From Chthoniobacteraceae bacterium (GTDB taxonomy: Bacteria; Verrucomicrobiota; Verrucomicrobiia; Chthoniobacterales; Chthoniobacteraceae), in the NCBI GenBank assembly GCA_031409655.1, contig JANNXQ010000133.1, forward strand, positions 1 through 43,099: a stretch of DNA of 43,099 nt, given 5' to 3'. A model generated the notes under the pieces. The model saw nothing but the letters and a program-made list of their open reading frames with translations, searched no databases and was not told the origin of the DNA. Position 1 is the stretch's first letter. Every line of letters starts with the position of its first letter. Shown one piece after another: positions 27,693 through 36,580 of this stretch. The position numbers and the translations under genes were made by a program.

Positions 27693-29804
27693 ATGCTCTC
27701 GCGCCTTCACCGCCATCGCCGCACCCTCGCCGGCATCTGCCTGGCGTTCACCGCGGTCATCTCGTGGCTGCATTTTAATGAGCAGCGCTACGCGGGTCTC
27801 GAAGAGCGGGCGAGGGATTGGCTCGCCACCGGCCCAGCGGGACGAAAGGCCACGCCTAATCCCGGCGTTATCTTCCTCGCGCTCGATCAGGCGTCGATGG
27901 ATCTCGACGCGCTCTTCCCTGACGACATCGAAAAATCCGCCGGGCTGAAGTTGATGAAGCAGGGGTTTCCGTGGAATCGCGGGGTCTATGCGCACATCGC
28001 CGATCGGCTCGTCGAAGCCGGGGCCGCCGTGATTATTTTTGATATCCTCTTTCCCAGTCCGCGCGACGGCGACGAAGCCTTCCGCGCCGCGCTCGAGCGG
28101 CACGCCGAACATCTCGTCATCGGGAGTAATCTCGTGGATCGCCATCAATCCGCAGACATCAGTGCGACCACCGAGAGCCAGAAAGGTGCGCTCGAAATCC
28201 CCTCAGCCACGCTCCTCCCCACAGCTTCTCCGACCGACTCGCGAATCGGCTTTGTGAATGTGTGGCCCGATCCCGATGACATCGTGCGGCGAATTCTGTA
28301 TCGCACCACCCAGCTCGAATTTGCCGGAAAGCCTGCGGCCCCCGACTCGCCGGAAATCCTTTCGCTCGTCTCGCGAGCCTTGGAAAAATCCGGTCGGCCA
28401 GGCCTCATCCCTTTCACGCGCAAGCCCGTGGCGATCCGTTTCACCGAGGGCATTTATACGCGACCGCTCTACGAGATTTTCGTCGAGGATCTCTGGAACG
28501 ATGCCACCTATCGCGGAGGTCGGATCTTCCGCGGAAAGATCGTCCTGATCGGCGCGGGCGGAAACCAAGCCGAAGATCGGCTCGCCACACCCTTCGGCAC
28601 CGTACTCGGCCCGACCATCCATCTTTCGGCCCTGAATGCCGCACTGAACAACGACTTCCTCCACCCCACGCGGCGGGCGGCGAATCTCGCGCTGATCGTT
28701 GCGGCCGGCGTGATCGCCTGGCTCGTGGGGGCATACTTTCGTCAGCCGCTCGTCAGGCTCACGGTGATCGCCGCGACCCTCGCGCTTTACTACGCCGTCG
28801 CCCAGTTCAGCTTCAATGGCACTGGGCTGATGCTGATCCTCGTGAGTCCGATGCTCACGCTCGCCGGCAGCGGGGTCGTCTGGACGGCGTGGGAAGCGGT
28901 GCTCGATCGCCTCGAGCGGACGCGGCTGCGCAAAACCTTCGAGCGCTACGTCTCCCGCGATGTGGTGCGGGAGTTGGTCGATAATCCAGAGAGCTTTCTC
29001 AATGTCCTCGTCGGCGCGCGGAAAAATATCACCGTCATGTTTTCCGACGTGCGCGGTTTTACCAGCCGCACCGAAGGCGCCGACCCGCACGCGCTCGTCG
29101 CCCAGCTCAATGAATACTTCGATGCGATGGTCCGCATCGTCTTTGCCAACCAAGGCACCCTGGACAAATTCATCGGCGACGCGGTGATGGCCCACTGGGG
29201 AAGCATCGTCAGCGAAAGCGAGCGCACCGATGCGCGGCGTTCCGTGAAGACCGCCGTCGAAATGCGCCGCTCGCTGGCCCTGCTGAATCAAGGATGGCGC
29301 GCGCGCAACGTGGAACCGCTCGCCTTCGGGATCGGGATCAATCATGGCGAAGCCATCGTCGGCAACCTCGGCTGCGAAGCGAAGATGGAGGTCACCGTGA
29401 TCGGCGACGCCGTGAACGTCGCCTCGCGGTTGGAAGGTGTGACGAAGGCTTATCACCTCGATCTCGTCATCGGCGAACTGGTCGAAGCCCACGTCCGCGA
29501 CGAGTTCATCGTGCGCTCGGTGGATCTCATCATCGTGAAAGGGAAGACGCGGCCCGTGGCCATCTTCACCGTGCTCGACGAGAAGAAAAACAGCACCGCT
29601 CCCGCCTGGCTCGCGCGCCACGAGGAAGCGGTGCGGCTTTATCGCACCGGAGATTTCACGGGAGCGGAAACGGCGTGGAAGGACGTGCTCGCCCAAGCCC
29701 CGGGCGATTCGATCGCGGAAGTTTTCCTCGCACGCTGCCGCGAACTGCAGGCCCAGCCACCGGAGGGAAAATGGGAAGGCGTCTTCGAGATGAAGAGCAA
29801 ATAG
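27693..29804 (+). CDS. CHASE2-domain class III adenylate cyclase
   Basis: CHASE2 motifs FPWNR, FDILF, DPDDIVRR, GKIVLIG and TPFG; three TM helices; cyclase motifs FSDVRGFT, DKFIGDAVM and TVIGDAVNVASRLEG. Confidence 0.92.
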   Translation: MLSRLHRHRRTLAGICLAFTAVISWLHFNEQRYAGLEERARDWLATGPAGRKATPNPGVIFLALDQASMDLDALFPDDIEKSAGLKLMKQGFPWNRGVYAHIADRLVEAGAAVIIFDILFPSPRDGDEAFRAALERHAEHLVIGSNLVDRHQSADISATTESQKGALEIPSATLLPTASPTDSRIGFVNVWPDPDDIVRRILYRTTQLEFAGKPAAPDSPEILSLVSRALEKSGRPGLIPFTRKPVAIRFTEGIYTRPLYEIFVEDLWNDATYRGGRIFRGKIVLIGAGGNQAEDRLATPFGTVLGPTIHLSALNAALNNDFLHPTRRAANLALIVAAGVIAWLVGAYFRQPLVRLTVIAATLALYYAVAQFSFNGTGLMLILVSPMLTLAGSGVVWTAWEAVLDRLERTRLRKTFERYVSRDVVRELVDNPESFLNVLVGARKNITVMFSDVRGFTSRTEGADPHALVAQLNEYFDAMVRIVFANQGTLDKFIGDAVMAHWGSIVSESERTDARRSVKTAVEMRRSLALLNQGWRARNVEPLAFGIGINHGEAIVGNLGCEAKMEVTVIGDAVNVASRLEGVTKAYHLDLVIGELVEAHVRDEFIVRSVDLIIVKGKTRPVAIFTVLDEKKNSTAPAWLARHEEAVRLYRTGDFTGAETAWKDVLAQAPGDSIAEVFLARCRELQAQPPEGKWEGVFEMKSK

Positions 29805-29853
29805 CGACACAGCGCAACCTCCCCACCAAAGCGCACGCATCCAAACCCACACT

Positions 29854-30321
29854 ATGAGCGAACTCCAAGTCGGCGATCCCGCCCCGGCCTTCAGCGCGGT
29901 GGCAGTCGGCGGAAACTACGACGGCCAGACCGTCAAACTCAGCGCCCTCAAAGGCAAAACTGTGGTGCTCTACTTTTACCCGAAAGACGACACGCCCGGC
30001 TGCACTACCCAGGCTTGTGACCTGCGCGATCACTGGCCAAAGCTCGCAAAGAAAGCCGAGATTTTCGGCGTGAGTATCGATCCCGTGAAGAGCCACCGGA
30101 AGTTCATCGACAAATATTCCCTGCCCTTCCCGCTCCTCGCCGATGAGGAGCAAAAAATCGTCCACGACTACGGCGTCTGGGTGGAAAAAAGCATGTACGG
30201 CAAGACCTACCTGGGCACTGAGCGCTCGACCTTCGTCATCGGCCCGGACGGGAAACTGAAGGCCATCTTGCGCAAGGTGAAACCCGCCGCCCACACCGCG
30301 CAATTACTGGAGATGCTCTGA
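29854..30321 (+). CDS. bcp: Peroxiredoxin BCP
   Basis: YFYPKDDTPGCTTQAC, SHRKF and ERSTFVI. Confidence 0.93.
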   Translation: MSELQVGDPAPAFSAVAVGGNYDGQTVKLSALKGKTVVLYFYPKDDTPGCTTQACDLRDHWPKLAKKAEIFGVSIDPVKSHRKFIDKYSLPFPLLADEEQKIVHDYGVWVEKSMYGKTYLGTERSTFVIGPDGKLKAILRKVKPAAHTAQLLEML

Positions 30322-30335
30322 GCCAACGATCGCCA

Positions 30336-31769
30336 TCAGCGAGCACCCTGCATCTCCCGCCACACTGCGGGTAGCGATCGGACGAGTGCCGCGGACGCCT
30401 CCGGCAAGGTCGTCGGCGTGAGGGAAATCGCGAAGGTGTCCTCCTCGGACAGGTTGCCGATCGCTCGGGAAAGTCGGTATTCATTTTCCAAGGACCCATC
30501 CGTGGTGAGTCGCGCGCCGCTCTCGGGGTTTGGCACGCTGAAAAAGAAATCGCAACGCGGCGGAGCAACCTGCCTCGCGCCGCGGTCGGGGACTCGGAGC
30601 CGGGCGAGGGCGAGTTCGCGGAAGAGTTCGCGGGCGGTGGATTGCGCGGGGTCGATGAAGCGCAGCTCTGCGGCCACCAAGGCTGCGTAGGGCTGCGAGC
30701 CATCGGCCGCCGTATAGCGACGCGCAGTTTGAAAGGCGTCCGACAACTCCTGCTGCACGAGGGGAAAGTGGGTGCAGCCGAGAACCACCGTATCGATCGC
30801 CGGACCACCTTTCTGCCGATGCGTTTCGAGGAGGGTCGTGACATCGTAGCGGGCGTAGTTCGGCACGGAGTTGAGTTGTGGTCCCGACGGCGCGGCGCGC
30901 AGACCAGCGGGGTCGAAGCCGTAAGCGGCCATCAATCCAGGCTGAGGGATCGGACCCTGATAGGCGACCGACGATAGCGTGTCCGCTCCGACGAAGGCCC
31001 GATTCCCCTCGATCGCTCCCGCCAGGCCCACACTGCCCTGCTGCACGACGACCGGCGCGGATTTTCCCGCCTGCCCCGTGGCCCGTCCGATGGCTTTTGG
31101 GTAGGCGCCGCTGGAGCAAGTGCCGACGGTGGCCAGTACCCCGACCCCGTGGGCTCGCTGATCGTCCGGCAGCGCGGTGGAGACCGCCCGCGCGCCCGCC
31201 TCGATCACGCCGATCACCGGCACCTTCAATTCCCAAGCCCGCAGCACCGCGCGCAAATCTTCGATGCCGTAAGCGGTCGCCGTATTGCACGCGATCACGA
31301 GCGCTTTCACCGGCGGCTTGTCGTGGCGGACTGCGCTCGACCGCGCGGGTCGCCAGCGAGAGCCGAGCAGGAAGATCGCGTCCTTCACGATCAACTCGCG
31401 CAGCAAATCCTCGCGTCCACGCGCCGGGTAGTTGCCGTAGGGCATGTTCGCCTGATCACCAAAATAGAGGAAGCGCTCCCCGGCAAAGTCCGGGATGCCA
31501 TCGGCCTCAGGTTGCAGCGTGTCATTGTGAAAGGCGTCCAGCTTCAGGATCGCCTCCATCACCGTCAGCCCACCGATCCCGGAATCGAAAACACCGATCG
31601 GCAGCGCCGCGCGATCGCCCGTCACCTTGGAAAAATCAAGCGACCACGCCGCCGCGCCGTCCCGCTGCCCCGCCACGTGCGCAAGGATCGGCGCGAGCAC
31701 CGGATCCATTTCTGCCGCGACGGCCGCAGGGTGCAGCGCGAGGACGCAGAGGAGGATTCGCGGCTTCAT
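30336..31769 (-). CDS. Glutamate racemase (MurI)-like protein, enlarged, with putative signal peptide
   Basis: IGVFDSGIGGLTV, GDQANMPYG, IACNTATA and LGCTHFP; 477 aa; N-terminus MKPRILLCVLALHPAAVAAE. Confidence 0.8.
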   Translation of the reverse strand: MKPRILLCVLALHPAAVAAEMDPVLAPILAHVAGQRDGAAAWSLDFSKVTGDRAALPIGVFDSGIGGLTVMEAILKLDAFHNDTLQPEADGIPDFAGERFLYFGDQANMPYGNYPARGREDLLRELIVKDAIFLLGSRWRPARSSAVRHDKPPVKALVIACNTATAYGIEDLRAVLRAWELKVPVIGVIEAGARAVSTALPDDQRAHGVGVLATVGTCSSGAYPKAIGRATGQAGKSAPVVVQQGSVGLAGAIEGNRAFVGADTLSSVAYQGPIPQPGLMAAYGFDPAGLRAAPSGPQLNSVPNYARYDVTTLLETHRQKGGPAIDTVVLGCTHFPLVQQELSDAFQTARRYTAADGSQPYAALVAAELRFIDPAQSTARELFRELALARLRVPDRGARQVAPPRCDFFFSVPNPESGARLTTDGSLENEYRLSRAIGNLSEEDTFAISLTPTTLPEASAALVRSLPAVWREMQGAR

Positions 31770-31858
31770 GAAAGGGGAAGATGAGGCGAGCCAGTGCCGG
31801 TAGCCAATTCGTTTTTACCGAGGCTCCCCACCCAAAGCCGGGGGAACTTGACGGTCAC

Positions 31859-31889
31859 AAAAAAGGCGCGGATTTCTCCGCGCCCCTTT
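31859..31889 (-). terminator. Intrinsic terminator downstream of the PfkB kinase gene
   Basis: Minus strand reads GGCGCGGA-GAAA-TCCGCGCC-TTTTTT. Confidence 0.8.
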
Positions 31890-31913
31890 CGCTGAGTGGT
31901 TCGTCCCGCGGGT

Positions 31914-32996
31914 CTAGCGCTGGACGCGGGCAGAGCCGCCTTTGGCAAAGGCCCGCACTTGATCTACGGTCGCCATCGTCGTGTCGCCGGGGAAGGTGGT
32001 GAGCAGGGCGCCGTGCGCCCAGCCGAGCTTCACGGCTTCCTGTGGTTCTTCACCGTTGAGCAGGCCGTAGAAGAAGCCGGCGGCATAGCCGTCGCCGCCG
32101 CCGATGCGGCAGACGACGTCCAGATTGCTGGTCGGAGCGGTGTAAGTCTTGCCGTCGATCCACGCCACGGCGCTCCATTCGTGGCGGTTCGTGGAATGCA
32201 CTTCCCGCAGCGTGGTGGCGACGACTTTCACCTGCGGGTGCTTCTTGGTGACGTTGTCCATCATCGAGAGGAATGCGCTCGAATCGACCTTCGACTTGGC
32301 TTCCACGGAGGGTCCGGGGATGCCGAGACCGAGTTGGAGATCTTCTTCGTTGCCGACGAGGACATCGACATTCTTGACGATCCGATCGAGCACCGCGACG
32401 GCGCGCTCGTGGCCGCCGACGATGTTCCAGAGTTTCGCGCGGTAGTTGAGGTCAAAGGAAACGATGGCGCCCGCCGCCTTCGCGGCCTGCATGCCTTCGA
32501 TGATCACTTCCGCCGTGGTCGGGGAAAGTGCGGCAAAAATTCCACCGCTGTGGAACCAGCGCACGCCGCCCGCGAAGATCGCCTTCCAGTCAAAATCGCC
32601 GGCCTTGAGCTGCCCGGCGGCTTCGTTGCAGCGGTTGTAGAAAACGACGGGAGCGCGCACGCCCTGGCCGCGGTCGCTATAGACGGTGGCCATGTTCGGG
32701 CCATGCACGCCGTCGTGTTTGAAGTGCTTGTAGAAAGGCTTCACGCCCATCGCCCGCACCCGCTCCGCGATCAGGTGGCCGATCGGGTAGTCCACCATCG
32801 CCGAGGCGATGCCGGTCTTCAGGCCGAAGCAGTCGGCGAGATTTGCGGCGCAGTTAAATTCGCCGCCGCTGACGTGGATGTCGCAATGCGTGGCCTTGCG
32901 GAAAGGGATGATGCCGGGGTCGAGGCGGTGGATGAGCGCGCCGAGGGACACAAAGTCCAACGCGCCAGTCTCAGGGATATTCAAGCCGTACTTCAT
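31914..32996 (-). CDS. kdgK: PfkB-family sugar kinase, 2-keto-3-deoxygluconate kinase-like
   Basis: SGGEFNCA, SFDLNYRAKLW, GNEED and RIGGGDGYAAG. Confidence 0.75.
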   Translation of the reverse strand: MKYGLNIPETGALDFVSLGALIHRLDPGIIPFRKATHCDIHVSGGEFNCAANLADCFGLKTGIASAMVDYPIGHLIAERVRAMGVKPFYKHFKHDGVHGPNMATVYSDRGQGVRAPVVFYNRCNEAAGQLKAGDFDWKAIFAGGVRWFHSGGIFAALSPTTAEVIIEGMQAAKAAGAIVSFDLNYRAKLWNIVGGHERAVAVLDRIVKNVDVLVGNEEDLQLGLGIPGPSVEAKSKVDSSAFLSMMDNVTKKHPQVKVVATTLREVHSTNRHEWSAVAWIDGKTYTAPTSNLDVVCRIGGGDGYAAGFFYGLLNGEEPQEAVKLGWAHGALLTTFPGDTTMATVDQVRAFAKGGSARVQR

Positions 32997-33158
32997 TCGA
33001 TGGTGGGTATTTGCTTTTGGTTAGTCGTTGCCGATGTGAGTTCGGACGCGCATGCCAGATGGAGAAGCCGGAGGGGGCAGCGCCTTCCGCAGGACGGGTC
33101 CGAGGGGGCGGCATCATTGGCAAAACGTCCCCGCTTGTCTTCCAAAAAAGACGGCGAG

Positions 33159-33269
33159 CCTGGGAGCGCCGCCGTCCCGTGCGGCATCGTACCGGCCGCG
33201 CAGCGCGCTCTATGGATGGGCGCTGCGCGCGATGATGGGATGGCCGCACCGGACGGCGGCGCTCCCAGG
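33159..33269. repeat. REP-like inverted doublet (CCTGGGAGCGCCGCCGTC... type)
   Basis: 33159-33185 matches the reverse complement of 33243-33269 at 26 of 27 positions; inner hairpin GCGCAGCGC...GCGCTGCGC. Confidence 0.85.
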
Positions 33270-33323
33270 GCTGCCAAGAATATCCTCGTTCACCGCACGG
33301 GTTTCCTGTTTGCTCTGGAGGCG

Positions 33324-34775
33324 ATGAATCTGGAGCTCATCCTCGCCCTCGACATCGGCACCAGTTCCACGCGGTCCGCTCTTTTCGATCTGAACGGCGA
33401 GCGGCTCGCCGGCAGCGTGGCCCAGGAGACTTATCCGCTCATCACTTCGGCCGATGGCGGCGCGGAACTCGATCCACCGGTGCTGCTCGGCGCGGTGCTG
33501 CACTGCCTGGAGCAGACGATGCGCGCCTACCGCACCGATCCGAACCTGCGCGGCCGCCCGATCGCGGGCTTCGGCGTCTCCTGTTTCTGGCATAGCCTGA
33601 TCGGCTGCGATGCCCGCGGCTCGGCGATCACGCGCATCTTCACCTGGGCCGATTCGCGGTGTCGCGACGATGCCGCGCAACTCCGCGAAGAAACTCCGGA
33701 GAAGGAGACGCACGCGCGCACCGGATGCATGATGCGCACTTCCTTCTGGCCGGCGAAACTGCGCTGGTTGAAACGCGTGGGGCAGCGGAAATTTTCCGCG
33801 GTGAAGCAGTGGATGTCGCCCGCGGAGTGGCTCCAGATCACGCTGGCCGGCGAGGCCAACTGCGCGCTCGCCATGGCCACGGGCACCGGGCTTTTCAATC
33901 CGACGAAGCTGGCTTGGGATGAGGAGTTGTTGAAGGCGTGCGCGATCACGCCGGGCCAGCTCCGGCCGGTGAGCGACGAGCCGACGCCGATCGGCGGCCG
34001 GCTCGCGGCGCAGTTTCCAGAGCTGAAAGACGTGCCGTGGTTTCCGGGGATCGGCGATGGCGCGGCGAGCAATCTCGGCTCCGGCGCGACGCGTCCGGGA
34101 CTCGCGGCGATCAATGTCGGCACGAGTGCGGCGGTGCGGGTGATCCGCCGCGGGAAGACGGTGCGAGCGCCGCTCGGGCTTTCCTGCTACCGCATCGATG
34201 CGCAGCGTTTCCTCCTCGTCGGCGCGATCAGCAATGCCGGCAACCTCCGTGCGTGGTGCATTCGCGAGTTCAATCTTTCGAATGAAACCGAACTCGAAGC
34301 GCAACTCGCCAAGCGCCCCGGGCCGGAGCATGGGCTGATCGTCCTGCCGTTCTGGACGAGCGAGCGAGCGCCGATCTGGAATGAGGACGACTCCGGGACC
34401 ATCCACGGCATCACCCTGCACACCACCGCGCTCGATCTCTTGCAAGCCGTGACGGAGGCGACCTATCACCGGCTCGCGCGGATTTTGGAGCTGATCCTGA
34501 CGGTGGAAGAGACTCCGCCGAAGTTCATCGTGAGCGGCGGCATCCAGCGTTCACCCGCCGCCCTCCAGCGGCTGGCCGATGTGCTCGGACAGACGATCTA
34601 TCCGAACGAGGAAATGGAGGCGTCACTCCGCGGCGCGGCGATTTTCGTGCTCGAAAAACTGGGCCTTTCCGAACCCGAGGCGCGCGTCGGGCGGGCCGTG
34701 CGGCCGAGAGGAAAATATCAGAAGCTGTATGCCGCGGAACGCGAGCGGCAGCGCGCCCTGGAGGCGCGGCACTGA
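33324..34775 (+). CDS. FGGY-family carbohydrate kinase, gluconokinase-like
   Basis: LDIGTSSTRS, SCFWHSL, TWADSR, GDGAASNLGSG, NVGTSAA and ERAPIWN. Start at ATG 33324. Confidence 0.85.
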   Translation: MNLELILALDIGTSSTRSALFDLNGERLAGSVAQETYPLITSADGGAELDPPVLLGAVLHCLEQTMRAYRTDPNLRGRPIAGFGVSCFWHSLIGCDARGSAITRIFTWADSRCRDDAAQLREETPEKETHARTGCMMRTSFWPAKLRWLKRVGQRKFSAVKQWMSPAEWLQITLAGEANCALAMATGTGLFNPTKLAWDEELLKACAITPGQLRPVSDEPTPIGGRLAAQFPELKDVPWFPGIGDGAASNLGSGATRPGLAAINVGTSAAVRVIRRGKTVRAPLGLSCYRIDAQRFLLVGAISNAGNLRAWCIREFNLSNETELEAQLAKRPGPEHGLIVLPFWTSERAPIWNEDDSGTIHGITLHTTALDLLQAVTEATYHRLARILELILTVEETPPKFIVSGGIQRSPAALQRLADVLGQTIYPNEEMEASLRGAAIFVLEKLGLSEPEARVGRAVRPRGKYQKLYAAERERQRALEARH

Positions 34776-34777
34776 GG

Positions 34778-35248
34778 TCAGCGCGAGATATCCGTCTGGC
34801 TCAGGATCTTAAATCCGTGCCCTTGGATGACGGAAGCCGCGCACTCGTTATCTTCCACATGCAGGGCCAGAGCCGTGCGACCCCGAGGGCGCGTGAGCAG
34901 CGCGTAACTGCCAAAGATATTGCACTCCGCGGCGAGCAGCGCGGCGAGGAGCCGGCCGAGCTCGACGGCGCCTTCCTTGAGTTCCACGACCACGAGTTCG
35001 CAGACGGAAAATGGGACGGCCTGCTCGTGGAAGGTGGCCTGCACGGTCTCCGGATCACTGACGACGATGCGCACGATCGCGGTATCCGCGGAGTCCTGCA
35101 CATTGATCGCGAGCACATGGACGTGGCGTTCATTGAGCAGCCGCACGACGTTCAGCAGCGCGCCGACGCGGTTTGAGAGAAAGATGGAGAATTGGGTGAC
35201 GCGCGGGCCGTCGAGCTTTTCAGTGGTGGCGCTGGATCCGGGAGGCAT
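34778..35248 (-). CDS. Tandem ACT-domain protein
   Basis: QFSIFLSNRVGAL...SADTAIVRIVVSDP, and a second ACT unit LGRLLAALLAAECNI...Y. Confidence 0.8.
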   Translation of the reverse strand: MPPGSSATTEKLDGPRVTQFSIFLSNRVGALLNVVRLLNERHVHVLAINVQDSADTAIVRIVVSDPETVQATFHEQAVPFSVCELVVVELKEGAVELGRLLAALLAAECNIFGSYALLTRPRGRTALALHVEDNECAASVIQGHGFKILSQTDISR

Positions 35249-35254
35249 CGATTT

Positions 35255-35707
35255 TTATTTGTAGGAATAGAGGAGGCAGAAGCCCGCGGCCTCGCCTTCG
35301 AGGAGCGCGATTTTCACATAGTAGGGACCGCTCACGCCCGGCGAAAAACCCGCGCCGGCGCTCACCCCTTCGCCAGGTTCGCTGGTGTAGGGTTCGCAGT
35401 CGATCAGCTGACCGGTCTCGTCAAAAATGGTGACGGCGACTTTCTTCGCCGGCGCCACGGCGCCGAGGACGAACCAATATTCGTTGCCGGCGTAGAGGTT
35501 CACTTGAATGACCGCGGACTTGCCCGCCGTGAGCCTGCCGGACCAGACCCCGTCGCGCAGCCTGAAGCCATCGTTCTGAAAGGCGCCCGCGACGTTAAGC
35601 GCGACTTCGTGAGCGGCGACTTCGGCGTCAGTCGGCGCAGCAGATGCGACTGGCGACAGGGCCAGAGCGGAAAGGAGGACCAGCGAGAGCAGCGGACGCG
35701 GCATCAT
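35255..35707 (-). CDS. Secreted hypothetical protein (small beta-sandwich, PPC-like)
   Basis: Signal peptide; VNLYAGNEYWF, TIFDETG and GPYYVKI; ATGA overlap with the upstream gene. Confidence 0.7.
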   Translation of the reverse strand: MMPRPLLSLVLLSALALSPVASAAPTDAEVAAHEVALNVAGAFQNDGFRLRDGVWSGRLTAGKSAVIQVNLYAGNEYWFVLGAVAPAKKVAVTIFDETGQLIDCEPYTSEPGEGVSAGAGFSPGVSGPYYVKIALLEGEAAGFCLLYSYK

Positions 35708-36516
35708 TTTTTCTCTTTGGTGGAAATGACCTTCATGAGTTCGGCGGCGAGTTCGTGGAGTTTCTTCACCTCCTCGAGTTTGGGCGCGCTTTCGCGGGAG
35801 AAAGTCACGAGATGCTCGATCTCCATGAGCTTCATCAAGAGGACCTTGACCACGGGATCCCCGCGCAGTTTCTCCGGCAGCGCCTCGACGCGGGCGCGCA
35901 GCATCGAGGCGATCGCCGGCTGGCGCAGCAGCCGGGCGCCGGCCTCGGAATAATTCTCGGCGATAGCCGCGCTCACCACTTCCGTGCCGCGGACCCAGCC
36001 GCCCACGGTCACCAGATCGATCAGCGGCTGATCCTGATTATTGGCCATCGATTGCTTCACTTCGTTCTGCGTCGCCTCGAGTTCCTCGCGCAGCACATCC
36101 CACTGCTTGCCTTCGCCCTTTTCCGTGAGGCTCTTGCCGCGGTCGCGGATTTCCTTGGGCACGCCGAGCCCCTTGGCGATCTCCAGAATGTCGCGTCCGA
36201 GATTTTTCACCTGCTGCGCGTCCTCGGCTTCCACGGCGATGTAACCGTCCGCGATGAGCCCGCCAAGATTCAGCGCCATCTGCGCGCGGCGGCTGTAATT
36301 GGTGCTGATCGGTTCGCGGATTTTCGCCGCCCAGTCGGGCTTCCCCTGCTTGTCGAGGGCCGTCATCAACTCACCGGGAGTGGGGATGGAAACTTCATCA
36401 AGCCGCGTGGCGCCGGCGATCTCCTCCTTTGTGAGGGCAGGCGACTGGGCGGCCGCCGAGGCGCATAGATAGAAGATCGCGAGCCCGCCGGCGAGCGGGC
36501 GTGAGTGCCAAATCAT
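35704..36516 (-). CDS. Secreted hypothetical helical protein
   Basis: Signal-like N-terminus from MIWHSR; IPTPGE, ALNLG and GGWVRG. Start uncertain (36516 or 36558). Confidence 0.7.
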   Translation of the reverse strand: MIWHSRPLAGGLAIFYLCASAAAQSPALTKEEIAGATRLDEVSIPTPGELMTALDKQGKPDWAAKIREPISTNYSRRAQMALNLGGLIADGYIAVEAEDAQQVKNLGRDILEIAKGLGVPKEIRDRGKSLTEKGEGKQWDVLREELEATQNEVKQSMANNQDQPLIDLVTVGGWVRGTEVVSAAIAENYSEAGARLLRQPAIASMLRARVEALPEKLRGDPVVKVLLMKLMEIEHLVTFSRESAPKLEEVKKLHELAAELMKVISTKEKK

Positions 36517-36580
36517 GGCGGACCTTACGCGAGGTGCGCGCGCATTGTCACCCGGCATTTTCCGCCGGGTGGGTCGAGCT

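Noticed and set aside
31896..33323. 959-aa ORF suggesting a fusion to the FGGY kinase
   Set aside because: The N-terminal half is antisense to the PfkB kinase and crosses a REP-like doublet; the kinase domain starts at 33324.
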